From NCBI GenBank assembly GCA_964647745.1, contig CAZYJG010000003.1, positions 1-37,728 of the forward strand: DNA of 37,728 nt, written 5' to 3'. Numbering within the stretch: position 1 is the stretch's first letter; each line of letters starts with the position of its first letter. A program made the translations under genes and the position numbers. Below the pieces are notes generated by a model. The model did no database searches. It was not told the origin of the DNA and saw only the letters and a list, made by a program, of their open reading frames with translations. Source of the DNA: an uncultured Piscirickettsiaceae bacterium (lineage in GTDB: Bacteria; Pseudomonadota; Gammaproteobacteria; GCF-002020875). This document shows, piece after piece, positions 7,596 to 17,479 of this stretch.

Positions 7596-7597
7596 AA

Positions 7598-8761
7598 ATG
7601 GCTGACCCCTGCAATCTTGCCCCCTATGCCGCACACGACAGCTCCACACGGGGGCGAATTCATCCGGAGGAGGGGCCGGAGTACAGGAGCGCCTTTCAGC
7701 GAGACCGGGACCGCATTGTCCACTCCACCGCCTTTCGACGGCTTGAGTACAAGACCCAGGTCTTTGTAAACCACGAGGGTGACCTCTACCGTACCCGCCT
7801 CACCCACAGCATTGAGGTGGCACAGATCAGCCGCTCCATTGCACGCACCCTGCGGCTGAATGAGGATCTGACCGAGGCAATTGCACTGGCCCATGATCTC
7901 GGCCACACACCATTCGGCCATGCGGGGCAGGATGTACTGAACCACTGCATGAGACCCTATGGCGGTTTCGAGCACAATTTTCAGTCGCTTCGGGTGGTGG
8001 ACCATCTGGAGGAGAAGTACGCCCAGTTCCCGGGGCTCAACCTCACCTTTGAGTCCCGCGAGGGGATTCTCAAACACTGCAGCAGAGAAAATGCAGCCTC
8101 ACTGGGCGATGTGGGCGAACGTTTCCTCAACCGGACCCGGCCCAGTCTGGAGGCGCAGCTGGTCAACCTGGCCGACCAGATCGCCTACAACAACCACGAT
8201 GTCGATGATGGGCTGCGAGCAGGGCTGTTGACCATTGAACAGCTACAGGAGGTCTTCCTCTTCAGGGAGCAGTATGAGATCGTGGTCTGGCAGCACCCCG
8301 ACCTCAACCAGAGGCGCACCATCCATGAGGTGGTACGACGCATGATCAACCGGCTGGTGGTTGATCTGATCGAGACCAGCCAGAAAAACATCACCGAGGC
8401 CAACCCTGCAGACACTGATGCAGTCCGGCAGCACCCGGACTCACTGATCCAGTTCAGCGAGGCGCAGATGGAGCTGAACCATGAACTGAAGCAATTCCTC
8501 TGGAACAGCCTCTACCGCCACTACCGTGTCATGCGCATGAGCACAAAGGCGGAGCGCATCCTCACCGAGCTGTTCCAGGCCTTCATGGATGAGCCCCGGC
8601 TGCTGCCGGATGAGCCCTATGGAAGAATTAAGGGAGACGATGCCGCAGCGCGAGAGAGGAGCTGTGCACGTGTGGTTGCCGACTACATTGCCGGGATGAC
8701 CGACCGCTATGCACTTACGGAGCACCGGCGCCTCTTCAGCGCACCTGCCCCAACGGTCTAG
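7598..8761 (+). CDS. dgt: Deoxyguanosinetriphosphate triphosphohydrolase (HD family)
   Basis: [53 protein letters not shown]. Confidence 0.95.
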   Translation: MADPCNLAPYAAHDSSTRGRIHPEEGPEYRSAFQRDRDRIVHSTAFRRLEYKTQVFVNHEGDLYRTRLTHSIEVAQISRSIARTLRLNEDLTEAIALAHDLGHTPFGHAGQDVLNHCMRPYGGFEHNFQSLRVVDHLEEKYAQFPGLNLTFESREGILKHCSRENAASLGDVGERFLNRTRPSLEAQLVNLADQIAYNNHDVDDGLRAGLLTIEQLQEVFLFREQYEIVVWQHPDLNQRRTIHEVVRRMINRLVVDLIETSQKNITEANPADTDAVRQHPDSLIQFSEAQMELNHELKQFLWNSLYRHYRVMRMSTKAERILTELFQAFMDEPRLLPDEPYGRIKGDDAAARERSCARVVADYIAGMTDRYALTEHRRLFSAPAPTV

Positions 8762-9210
8762 GAGAGCAGGCTCTGGATCTCCCGTGCGGTCCGCTCAACA
8801 AGGTCGGCTGGTGGGGGGGCATCACCACATCCGGAAAGCTCAGCACCGACAAGTGTGATCTCTTCCGGCAACTCATCCAGCGCATCTCCCAGGGCAACCG
8901 CCTCGGCAACACCTGCGGCATGGGTGGAGAGTGCCCCCCGAGAGAGTGCAATCAGCTCCTCCCTCCCGAAATGGCGGATTGAGCCGGTCACCCCCTCTGT
9001 TGAGAGCAGACCATCAACAAGGATCACCTGACAATACCCCCTCATCCGCTCCAGCAGCATCACCCCAGGGCGATCCTCAGTCAGCAGATCGATCCCTTGC
9101 TTATCCTCTTGGTCCAGCTGCTGCTGCAGGTGGTGGACAACCTGCCACCCAAAGCGGTCCGCCCCCAGCGGGCTGCCGATACCGATGACTGCCCGCTCTG
9201 GCCGGCTCAC
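8758..9210 (-). CDS. Hydrogenase maturation endopeptidase
   Basis: [20 protein letters not shown] and STH motifs. Last gene of the hydrogenase operon. Confidence 0.9.
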   Translation of the reverse strand: MSRPERAVIGIGSPLGADRFGWQVVHHLQQQLDQEDKQGIDLLTEDRPGVMLLERMRGYCQVILVDGLLSTEGVTGSIRHFGREELIALSRGALSTHAAGVAEAVALGDALDELPEEITLVGAELSGCGDAPPPADLVERTAREIQSLLS

Positions 9211-10508
9211 TTTCGCTCAACCTGAAGTCTCAGGAAGTGGGTTGCGCAGGAGATGCAGGGGTCATAGTTTCGGATCACCTTTTCGCCATGCAGCTTGATC
9301 TCCTCCTCATCCCGATCGAGCCCATAGGCTGTCAACGACGCCCTGAGATCCTCCTCTATCCGTGCCTGGTTCTGGCTGGTTGGGGGGACAATTCTTGATG
9401 ACAGCACCGTCCCCTCCCCGTCCACCTCGTAGCGGTGCCAGAGGATCCCCCGTGGGGCACAGGTCGCACCAAATGCGGTTCCGGCACGTGGCCTGTATTC
9501 ACTCCACGGGGACTCCGGCACCCGGTAGTCGGCAAGCAGCTGGCTCGCCTCATGAAGTGCGGCATAGAGCTCAACGGCACGTGCAACCACGCTGTGGAAC
9601 ATGTTTCTGCTGGGAAACTGGAGACCCAGCTCGTCGCACAGTGCCCTGACTTCGGCCGGGAGACGCTCGAAGTGGAGGTTGATGCGTGCCAGTGGCCCCA
9701 CCAGATAGGGGGCCCCATCGAGATGGGCATGAAATGCAGTGGAGTGCGGGACCTGGAACTCCCTGAAGCGGGACTCAAAGTCAGCAATCGGGATCTCCAG
9801 CCCGCTGTCCGAGATGATCTGATCCCCGATCATCGGGTAGCGATCCGACTCACTCAGGGCAACGCTGGTGAACGCCTGCTCATCCTCCGGCAGATCGAGT
9901 GTCACCACCCAGCGCAGCAGCGCCTCGGCATCACCCAGCCCCTCTCTGACATCCTCCAGCAGCGATGCCACCTCCTCGCGGGAGGGGGCATGGTGGAACC
10001 CCCCTATGCGGGCCCCGACCGGATGGACCGATCGCCCCCCCAGCAGGGTGATCAGCCGGTTGCCCAGCCCCTGTAGCCGCAGCCCCCTTCTCACCTCATC
10101 CGGGTACCCTTCGGCCATCGCGATGGCACTCTCGTATCCGAGAAAATCGGGGGCCGCAAGCAGATGGATATGGAGGCTGTGGCTCTGAACCCACTCCCCG
10201 CAGTAGAAGAGTCGGCGCATATCCCGAACCCATGGGGTGACCTCAACCCCAAACAGCCCCTCCAGCGCCTCCACTGCACTCATCTGGTAGGCTACCGGGC
10301 AGATGCCGCAGATTCTCGCCACCATCTCCGGGATATCCGCAACCGGGCGCCCCTCCAGAAACTTCTCAAAGAAGCGGGGGGGCTCATAGATTCTCAGGGA
10401 GAGTGACTCGATCTGCTGCTCATGGAGTGTGAGGTCGAGTGCCCCCTCCCCCTCGATCCGGGCCAGCATCGGCACCTCAATGCGAACTCTCTTCTCAGAG
10501 TCAGCCAT
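9207..10508 (-). CDS. hydA: Group 3b [NiFe]-hydrogenase (sulfhydrogenase-type) large/alpha subunit
   Basis: RIEGEG, EPPRFFE, L1 RICGICP, L2 YDPCISCATH plus a short cleavable tail. ATG at 10508 preferred. Confidence 0.93.
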   Translation of the reverse strand: MADSEKRVRIEVPMLARIEGEGALDLTLHEQQIESLSLRIYEPPRFFEKFLEGRPVADIPEMVARICGICPVAYQMSAVEALEGLFGVEVTPWVRDMRRLFYCGEWVQSHSLHIHLLAAPDFLGYESAIAMAEGYPDEVRRGLRLQGLGNRLITLLGGRSVHPVGARIGGFHHAPSREEVASLLEDVREGLGDAEALLRWVVTLDLPEDEQAFTSVALSESDRYPMIGDQIISDSGLEIPIADFESRFREFQVPHSTAFHAHLDGAPYLVGPLARINLHFERLPAEVRALCDELGLQFPSRNMFHSVVARAVELYAALHEASQLLADYRVPESPWSEYRPRAGTAFGATCAPRGILWHRYEVDGEGTVLSSRIVPPTSQNQARIEEDLRASLTAYGLDRDEEEIKLHGEKVIRNYDPCISCATHFLRLQVERK

Positions 10509-11265
10509 CTGCCTTCTCCTCACTGAACTGGGGTGCAGCAGAGTGGATCATCCGGAAGCGCTGCACTACCTCCTCCGGAGCCAACCCCAACCCCTCCAGT
10601 CTGCGCCCCAGAGAGGCGGTATTGGGCTCAGAGAGCGGCCCCGTACAGCCATAACAGTCGCGCCCAAAGCTGGGGCAGACTGCCCCACATCCGGTTCGGG
10701 TCACCGGCCCCATGCAGGGGGCCCCGGCGGTGACCAGGGTACAGACCGTCCCGCTGCGCTTGCAACTCTGGCAGAGCACCTCATCCCCTGCTGCCGGTGC
10801 CACCCCACGGAGCAGATCGGAGATCACGGAGAGCAGCTGTTGCGAACGGATTGGGCAGCCCCACAGCTCGAGATCGACCCGAACATGGTCCGAGATCGGG
10901 GTGGAGTGGGCAAGTGTCTGGATAAACTCCGGGGAGGCATAGAGGCTCTCACTCCACCCCTCTCCACCGATGTTTCGCAGTGCCTGGATCCCCCCTGAGG
11001 TGGCACAGGCACCGATGGTGATCACCCGCTCTGACTGGCTCCGTATCCGCTGGATGCGCTCAAGATCATCGGGGCTGGAGATACTCCCCTCCACAAAGGC
11101 GACAGCCACCTCTGCATCGGGATCGACCATCCCCGCCTCCGCAAAGTGGACGATCTCCACCCGCTCCGCCAGCTGGATCAGCGCCTCACCCAGATTGAGG
11201 AAGGCGAGCTGGCAGCCATCACAGGAGCTGAACTTGTGGACAGCGATACGTGCTCTTTTCATCAT
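10501..11265 (-). CDS. hydD: Group 3b hydrogenase small/delta subunit
   Basis: KFSSCDGCQL, VEGS, IGACATSGG, GCP, and a C-terminal Cys cluster (CMGPVTRTGCGAVCP...CYGC). Confidence 0.92.
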   Translation of the reverse strand: MMKRARIAVHKFSSCDGCQLAFLNLGEALIQLAERVEIVHFAEAGMVDPDAEVAVAFVEGSISSPDDLERIQRIRSQSERVITIGACATSGGIQALRNIGGEGWSESLYASPEFIQTLAHSTPISDHVRVDLELWGCPIRSQQLLSVISDLLRGVAPAAGDEVLCQSCKRSGTVCTLVTAGAPCMGPVTRTGCGAVCPSFGRDCYGCTGPLSEPNTASLGRRLEGLGLAPEEVVQRFRMIHSAAPQFSEEKADG

Positions 11266-12098
11266 GCCCCCCTGACCGCAAGCAGCTCACGGATCTCTCT
11301 CCAGTTAAAGACCGGGCCATCCCTGCAGACAAAGTGACTTCCGATCTGGCAGTGGCCACAATATCCTGCCCCGCACTGCATGTTGCGCTCCATGCTGAGC
11401 CAGATAGATGAGTGGTCCACCCCCAGCCGCTCAAGTGCCCCTGCTGCCGAGGTCATCATCCCCTCCGGACCACAGAGCAGTGCAGTGGCCCTCGAGGGGT
11501 TGATCTCCATCTCGTCAAGATGGGCCGTTACCCGGTCGGTATGCCAGGGCCAGGGAGCAGAGGGCTCACTGGTACAGAGAAGAACCTGGGTATCCCCCAT
11601 CCTCTGCCAGCGCTCAAAACGGTCCGGATAGATCAGATCCCTGCAGTGGCGCACCCCCTCCACAATGGCCACACGTCCATACCGCTTGCGGCGACGCTTG
11701 ATATGGGTCAGTGCAGAGACCACCGGTGCGCACCCCACCCCTCCGGTGATAACCACAATATCGCGCCCCCTCGCCTGCTCCATCGGCCAGCCACGCCCAA
11801 AGGGGCCGCGCAGCCCGATCACATCCCCCTGCTGCAGCTGCTCCAGCCCCCTTGTGACCCTCCCTACCCCACGAATGGTGTGGTCCAGCAGGTGGCTGTT
11901 TCTCTCATCGGAGACGATGGAGATCGCCACCTCTCCAACACCATGGAGGTAGACCATGTTGAACTGCCCCGGCTGAAACCGGTAGTGGCGTCGCTGCTGC
12001 TCATCCAGCAGACGCAGTCGCAGGGTAAAGACCGACCCGCTCTCCTGCCGCCGCTCGACAATCTCGGCCTCCATCGGGATTCTGGATGGGTTCTCCAT
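11262..12098 (-). CDS. hydG: Group 3b hydrogenase gamma subunit (FAD/NAD(P)-binding, 2Fe-2S)
   Basis: FQPGQFNM, GLRGPFGRGWP, GGVGCAP, CGPEGMM, MQCGAGYCGHCQ...CRDGPVF. Confidence 0.92.
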   Translation of the reverse strand: MENPSRIPMEAEIVERRQESGSVFTLRLRLLDEQQRRHYRFQPGQFNMVYLHGVGEVAISIVSDERNSHLLDHTIRGVGRVTRGLEQLQQGDVIGLRGPFGRGWPMEQARGRDIVVITGGVGCAPVVSALTHIKRRRKRYGRVAIVEGVRHCRDLIYPDRFERWQRMGDTQVLLCTSEPSAPWPWHTDRVTAHLDEMEINPSRATALLCGPEGMMTSAAGALERLGVDHSSIWLSMERNMQCGAGYCGHCQIGSHFVCRDGPVFNWREIRELLAVRGA

Positions 12099-13219
12099 CA
12101 ATGCCCCTCTCCCTCAGCTGCAACAAACCGTGCAGACTCATCAACCAGGTTGATCCCGACCGGGCACCAGCTGATGCAGCGCCCGCATCCGACACAGCCA
12201 CTCTCACCAAACTGGTCATGCCATCCCGCCAGCTTGTGGGTGAGCCATTGGCGATAGCGCTCTCGAATCCCCTTCCGTACCGGCCGCCCATGCAGCATGC
12301 TGTGCCCCGCACTGAAGCAGGAGTCCCAGATCCGCTGGTGGAGAGTGCTCTCCGGATCCAGTGACGGGACCTCCTCCTCACGGTGGCAGAAACAGGTGGG
12401 GCAGACCGCCGTACAGTTGCCACACCCCAGACAGCGCTCTGCAATCTGCGCCCATTGTGGGTCCTCCTCACGTCCGGAGAAGAGGGGGCGAAAATCGGCC
12501 ACTGCAATCCGCTGCCTCTGCATCGCCCCTGCCTGCTCAACCTCCTCCGCTGCGCGCTCAACCAGCTGCTCCGGTGCGGGCTGAAGATCGAGCGCTGCCA
12601 TGAGTGCCTCTCCCCTCTCGCTTCCGGCGCGGACGAGAAATCCCTCGTCGAATTCATGCAGTCCCAGGTCATAGCCTCCGGATGGTTCCGGCCCGCCTCC
12701 GGTGGATGCACAGAAACAGTTGTCTGAGGGGTGGGTACAGCTGACAGCAATCAGCAGCAGGTTGTTGCGCCGCTCCCGATACCAGGGGTCCTCTCCATCC
12801 GGACGGAGAAAGTGGCGATCCATCCGCTCCATCGCCACCAGGTCACACGCCCTTACCCCGAGGACGGCAACCGGGGTTACTGCCGGCAGAGAGGCCTTGA
12901 ACTCCACTCTCCCAGCGGCTGTTTTTGATGCGCTCCAGAGATTCTCATGGGGAGAGAAGAGCAGTGGCTTGAGTGCGCTGGGGCCATTGGCCCAGCCAAA
13001 AAAGTGGGGGCTATCGTGATCCCTCAGACGGTAGCTGCCCGGCGATTGCTGGTCGGAGACCCCTTGTGGCAGCTCATGAATGGTGTCCAGGGGTCGGTAG
13101 AGAATGGCACCATCCTCCACCTTTGGGCCGATACAGTTGTAGCCCCTGCCCTGCAGGGCGTGCAACAGCCCCTCAAGCTGGTTGTTTGGAAGAAACTGGG
13201 GGGCGCCTACACTATCCAT
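12098..13219 (-). CDS. hydB: Group 3b hydrogenase beta subunit (4Fe-4S dicluster)
   Basis: GVRACDL, CFC, CLGCGNCTAVCPTCFC, WDSCF, CVGCGRCISWCP. Start taken at MDSVGAPQF (13219). Confidence 0.92.
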   Translation of the reverse strand: MDSVGAPQFLPNNQLEGLLHALQGRGYNCIGPKVEDGAILYRPLDTIHELPQGVSDQQSPGSYRLRDHDSPHFFGWANGPSALKPLLFSPHENLWSASKTAAGRVEFKASLPAVTPVAVLGVRACDLVAMERMDRHFLRPDGEDPWYRERRNNLLLIAVSCTHPSDNCFCASTGGGPEPSGGYDLGLHEFDEGFLVRAGSERGEALMAALDLQPAPEQLVERAAEEVEQAGAMQRQRIAVADFRPLFSGREEDPQWAQIAERCLGCGNCTAVCPTCFCHREEEVPSLDPESTLHQRIWDSCFSAGHSMLHGRPVRKGIRERYRQWLTHKLAGWHDQFGESGCVGCGRCISWCPVGINLVDESARFVAAEGEGH

Positions 13220-13247
13220 TCCGCTATCTACCCCCCCATTCAGATCA

Positions 13248-13478
13248 TCACCGATCCAGACGATTTTTATTGATGCCGAGGGATGAACCTGACACGAAGA
13301 ATATTCTGAAAACAGCCCAGCCCCCCAGCAGTAACAGCAGCAGGTGGTCGGGACTGGAAAAGAGATGAACCACCCCATCCAGCAGGGTACCGATATGGAC
13401 CGCAGTGGTATGTGCCTCTACCGAAAGGGAGAGGGTCAGCAACAACATGGCCAACAATGTCTTGTAGCTACTTCTCAT
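13248..13478 (-). CDS. Small membrane protein resembling the N-terminus of HupE/UreJ nickel transporters
   Basis: Signal peptide ending in VEA-H, then GVVHLFSSPDHLLLLLLGG (cf. HupE/UreJ G..HP..G.DHLL). Leads the hydrogenase operon. Confidence 0.65.
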   Translation of the reverse strand: MRSSYKTLLAMLLLTLSLSVEAHTTAVHIGTLLDGVVHLFSSPDHLLLLLLGGWAVFRIFFVSGSSLGINKNRLDR

Positions 13479-13837
13479 TATTCATGTTCTCGTCGTTCAG
13501 CTTACCCCTATTTGGACCATCTTCTCAACTGACTATAGAGATTCTGAAAAATTTCTGAGGGTGCGGGGATTTTTGTTAAACCCGGATCCGCATATAGAAT
13601 CGCGGATGAGGGCGCATGATATTGATTCGTTGAGCAACCTTGAGACTACGCGGTGTACTTATCCTTAGATGACCGCGAGCACAGCTCGTAGGGTTATTGA
13701 TACACCCAAAGGAACAAGGATTGCTGTACGGATCAAGAGCTTGTGCTATCGCCGTGACCTCTATGTGCGGATTTGGGTTAAAGTGTAATACTGAAAAAAG
13801 GATGTAGTAACATGGAAAACCCATAGTGAGATGAACC

Positions 13838-14212
13838 ATGCATGAGCTCTCCATCTGCCACTCCATCCTCTCCCAGGTTGAACCGATCGCCAGAGAGAGG
13901 GGGGCAGTAATATCGGTTATCCATCTTCAGGTTGGCCCACTCTCTGGCATTGAGGCCCCGCTACTGAGAGATTGCTGGACCATTGCCAGAAGGGATACCC
14001 CGGCCTCCGGTGCACAACTTGAGGTTGAGGAGATGTCGATTACCATTGAGTGTACGGCCTGTGGCCGCAGGGGGGCTGCAACCCCCAACCGGATGGCCTG
14101 CAACCACTGTGGCGAGTGGAGGACCCGGCTGATCAGTGGTGATGAGATGCTGATAAAAAGTGTTGAACTTAAAGGGGTGGAGATCCCGGAAACGGAGAAG
14201 AGCGATGTGTGA
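13838..14212 (+). CDS. hypA: Hydrogenase nickel metallochaperone HypA
   Basis: MHELSI start, two CxxC motifs (CTAC, CNHC), GDEM. Confidence 0.96.
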   Translation: MHELSICHSILSQVEPIARERGAVISVIHLQVGPLSGIEAPLLRDCWTIARRDTPASGAQLEVEEMSITIECTACGRRGAATPNRMACNHCGEWRTRLISGDEMLIKSVELKGVEIPETEKSDV

Positions 14213-15041
14213 CACCTGTGGATGCAGCATCACGCCAGGCAATGAGCATCTGGTGGCAGAGCGAGGGAAACTCTCTCACACCAGCAGTGGCCGGGAGACA
14301 GTCGAGGTTCTGCAGGGGCTGCTACATGAGAATGACCATCAGGCTGCCCACAACCGCAGCCATCTTGACCGCCACCAGCTCCTGACCATCAATCTGATGT
14401 CCTCACCCGGGGCAGGAAAGACCGCCCTGCTCGAGGCAACCATTGATGCACTGGGTGACCAGCTTCGAATTGGGGTCATCGAGGGGGATCTGGAGACCGA
14501 AAATGATGCAGAGCGCATCCGCAGCAAGGGGGTTCCCGCCTGCCAGATCTCAACAGGCAGTGCCTGCCACCTGGATGCCCATATGGTTCATGATGCACTG
14601 CACCAGCTCCCTCTGGATGGGCTGGACCTTCTCTTTATAGAGAATGTTGGAAACCTGGTCTGCCCTGCAAGTTTCGACCTGGGGCACCACAGGAACATCA
14701 CCCTGCTCTCCGTTACCGAGGGGGATGACAAGCCAGAAAAGTATCCCGTGATCTTCCGTGCTGCCGACCTGATGCTACTGACAAAGACCGATCTGCTCCC
14801 CTATCTCGATGAGTTTGATCCCACCCACGCAGAACACGCCCTGCACCAGCTCTCCAACCCCGCCGAGATGATCTCCCTCTCTGCAAAGAGCGGCAGTGGC
14901 ATGGAGCGCTGGATTGAGTGGCTGCGCAGTGAGGTCAGCCGCTATCGGGAGAGGCTCTCCAGTGGAGAGACACTGAGACCACCACTGCAACCGGGGCAGG
15001 GTGCCCGCCACCATGGCACAGATCATCACCCCAACCACTAA
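14205..15041 (+). CDS. hypB: Hydrogenase nickel-incorporation GTPase HypB
   Basis: MCDTCGC, SSPGAGKT, CHLDA, ENVGNLVCPA, EGDDKPEKYP. Confidence 0.96.
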   Translation: MCDTCGCSITPGNEHLVAERGKLSHTSSGRETVEVLQGLLHENDHQAAHNRSHLDRHQLLTINLMSSPGAGKTALLEATIDALGDQLRIGVIEGDLETENDAERIRSKGVPACQISTGSACHLDAHMVHDALHQLPLDGLDLLFIENVGNLVCPASFDLGHHRNITLLSVTEGDDKPEKYPVIFRAADLMLLTKTDLLPYLDEFDPTHAEHALHQLSNPAEMISLSAKSGSGMERWIEWLRSEVSRYRERLSSGETLRPPLQPGQGARHHGTDHHPNH

Positions 15042-15067
15042 CCACTAACCACTAACCACTAACCACT
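15033..15067 (+). repeat. Perfect heptamer tandem repeat (AACCACT)5 overlapping the hypB stop codon
   Basis: Five exact copies starting at 15033, 15040, 15047, 15054 and 15061. Confidence 0.95.
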
Positions 15068-15090
15068 ATTTAATACCCCCAACCGCAACC

Positions 15091-15321
15091 ATGTGCCTTG
15101 CCCTGCCCACCCAGATTGTAGAGATTGACCCGGAGCGTGATGCCGCAATCGTCACCCTTGATGGGGTTCGGAAGGAGATCTCGCTGGCCCTGGTTGAGGG
15201 TATAGAGATTGGGGATTATGTCCTGCTCCACGTCGGCTATGCCATCAGCAGGATCAAGACCGAGGAGGCAGAGCAGACACTGGCGATGGTTGAGGCCATG
15301 GGGGCGAGCGAGAGCGGATGA
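15091..15321 (+). CDS. hypC: Hydrogenase maturation chaperone HypC
   Basis: MCLALP...GDYVLLHVGYAI. Confidence 0.96.
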   Translation: MCLALPTQIVEIDPERDAAIVTLDGVRKEISLALVEGIEIGDYVLLHVGYAISRIKTEEAEQTLAMVEAMGASESG

Positions 15322-16451
15322 GGTATGTCGATGAGTTTCGCTCGGGCAGACTGGCGGCCAAACTGGCCGAGGAGATCCGCCGCAACAGTGATCCGGATCG
15401 ACACTACCATCTGATGGAGTTTTGTGGGGGCCATACCCACGCCATCTTCCGCTACGGGATTCAGGACCTGATCCCTGAGAATGTCCACTTCATCCATGGA
15501 CCGGGCTGCCCGGTCTGTGTTCTCCCGACCGGACGCATCAACCAGATTCTCACACTGCTGGAGCATGAGGAGCTGATTCTCTGTTGCTATGGGGATCTGA
15601 TGCGGGTACCCACCAGCAATCGCCAGAGCCTGATCAAGGCCAAGGCTGCCGGGGCCGATGTGCGGATGGTCTACTCCACACAGGATGCCCTGAGGATTGC
15701 CCGGGAGAATCCCCAACGTCAGGTTCTCTTCTTTGCCATCGGCTTCGAGACCACCACGCCCCCCACCGCCGTTGCCATCCAACAGGCCGCCAGCGAGCGG
15801 ATCGACAACTTCTCGGTCTTCTGCAACCATGTACTCACCCCGGCGGCCCTCCATGCACTCCTCGAGGGGAGTCAGCAGGGCCCCGCCGAAGAGCGGGTGA
15901 TGATTGACGGGTTCCTGGGCCCCTCCCATGTCAGCACCATTATCGGCAGCGCCCCTTACGAACCGTTCGCAGAGCAGTACCAGCGCCCAATCGTCATCGC
16001 CGGATTTGAGCCAGTTGATGTCATGCAGTCCACACTGATGCTGATTCAGCAGCTCAACCAGAACCGCCACCGGGTAGAGAACCAGTACAGGCGGGCGGTG
16101 ACCCCCGAGGGGAACCGAGTGGCACAACAACGGGTTGCCGAGGTCTTTGAGCTGCGAGATGCGTTTGAGTGGAGGGGGCTGGGAACCATCCCCAACAGTG
16201 CACTCCAGATCCGCCCCGAGTACGCATCCTTCGACAGTGAGAAGCGGTTTGAGATGGGGCCCCCGACTGGAGAGGAGATCAAGGGATGCGAGTGCCCCTC
16301 CATCCTGCGTGGCGCGAAACGGCCACCGGAGTGCAGGCTATTTGGCACCGCCTGCACCCCGGAGACCCCACTCGGGGCCTGTATGGTCTCATCGGAGGGG
16401 GCCTGCGCCGCCTACTGGAGCTATGGCCGTTTCCGCAGGGAGGTCGCATGA
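15318..16451 (+). CDS. hypD: Hydrogenase maturation protein HypD
   Basis: MEFCGGHTH, HGPGCPVC, GFETT, CMVSSEGACAA. Confidence 0.97.
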   Translation: MRYVDEFRSGRLAAKLAEEIRRNSDPDRHYHLMEFCGGHTHAIFRYGIQDLIPENVHFIHGPGCPVCVLPTGRINQILTLLEHEELILCCYGDLMRVPTSNRQSLIKAKAAGADVRMVYSTQDALRIARENPQRQVLFFAIGFETTTPPTAVAIQQAASERIDNFSVFCNHVLTPAALHALLEGSQQGPAEERVMIDGFLGPSHVSTIIGSAPYEPFAEQYQRPIVIAGFEPVDVMQSTLMLIQQLNQNRHRVENQYRRAVTPEGNRVAQQRVAEVFELRDAFEWRGLGTIPNSALQIRPEYASFDSEKRFEMGPPTGEEIKGCECPSILRGAKRPPECRLFGTACTPETPLGACMVSSEGACAAYWSYGRFRREVA

Positions 16452-17464
16452 ACCTGAAATCAGGCCATATCAACATGACCCATGGTGGCGGTGGCCGGGC
16501 GATGAAGCAGCTGATTGATGAGCTCTTTGTCCGCCACTTTGACAATGAGCTGTTGCGCCAGGGGGATGACCAGGCCTCATTTGCTGTTCCAGAGGGGAGG
16601 CTCTCCATCACTACTGATGGCCATGTGGTCTCGCCACTCTTCTTCCCCGGAGGGGATATTGGCTCGCTCTCCATCCATGGAACCCTCAATGATGTCTCCA
16701 TGTCCGGCGCCCGCCCCCTCTACCTCTCTGCCGGATTCATCCTGGAGGAGGGTTTCCCGCTTGCCGACCTGGAGCGCATTGTCCGATCCATGGCGGCAGC
16801 CGCCTCCAGCGCGGGTGTCCCGGTGGTTACCGGCGACACCAAGGTGGTGGAGCGTGGCAAGGGGGATGGGGTTTTCATCACTACCACCGCGGTCGGGCTG
16901 ATCCCGGAGGGGGTTGAGATCTCCGGCAGGCTTGCCCGCCCCGGTGACCAGATTCTGATCAACGGCCCCATCGGAAATCACGGCATTGCGCTGCTCTCAA
17001 GCCGTGAGAACCTGGAGTTCGAGACCACCATCCACTCCGACTCTGCCGCGCTTCATGGACTGATCCAGACCATGGTGGGCGCGGCCCCCACCATCCACAC
17101 CCTTCGTGACCCCACACGGGGCGGGCTTGCCGCCACCCTGAATGAGATCGCCGACCAGTCGGGGGTTGGCATGAGGATCGAGGAGCCCTCCATCCCCGTC
17201 GATCCCGCTGTAACTGCAGCCTGTGAGCTGCTGGGCCTCGACCCGCTCTATATTGCCAACGAGGGGAAGGTGATCGCCATCTGCCCTGCCGCAGAGGCCT
17301 CCACCCTGCTTGATGCGATGCACTCCCACCCCCTGGGGGAGAGGGCAGCCATCATCGGTGAGGTGGTGGTGGACCCCCACACCCTGGTCGAGATGAGGAC
17401 CCAACTGGGTGGCATCCGGATGGTTGACTGGATGGCTGCCGAGCCCCTTCCCAGAATCTGCTGA
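16448..17464 (+). CDS. hypE: Carbamoyl dehydratase HypE
   Basis: HGGGG, FFPGGDIG, TGDTKVV, RDPTRGG, C-terminal PRIC. ATG at 16448 overlaps the hypD stop. Confidence 0.96.
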   Translation: MNLKSGHINMTHGGGGRAMKQLIDELFVRHFDNELLRQGDDQASFAVPEGRLSITTDGHVVSPLFFPGGDIGSLSIHGTLNDVSMSGARPLYLSAGFILEEGFPLADLERIVRSMAAAASSAGVPVVTGDTKVVERGKGDGVFITTTAVGLIPEGVEISGRLARPGDQILINGPIGNHGIALLSSRENLEFETTIHSDSAALHGLIQTMVGAAPTIHTLRDPTRGGLAATLNEIADQSGVGMRIEEPSIPVDPAVTAACELLGLDPLYIANEGKVIAICPAAEASTLLDAMHSHPLGERAAIIGEVVVDPHTLVEMRTQLGGIRMVDWMAAEPLPRIC

Positions 17465-17479
17465 GCAGGAACAGAGACC

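Noticed and set aside
7598-8761. dGTPase as an anti-phage defence gene
   Set aside because: Its position after aroK-aroB and ordinary composition fit the housekeeping dgt.
13479-13837. Sigma54 or FNR sites, and ORF 13576..13866, in the hydrogenase/hyp intergenic region
   Set aside because: No correctly spaced TGGCAC-N5-TTGC or TTGAT-N4-ATCAA was found by eye. The ORF overlaps the hypA start and has no protein-like features.
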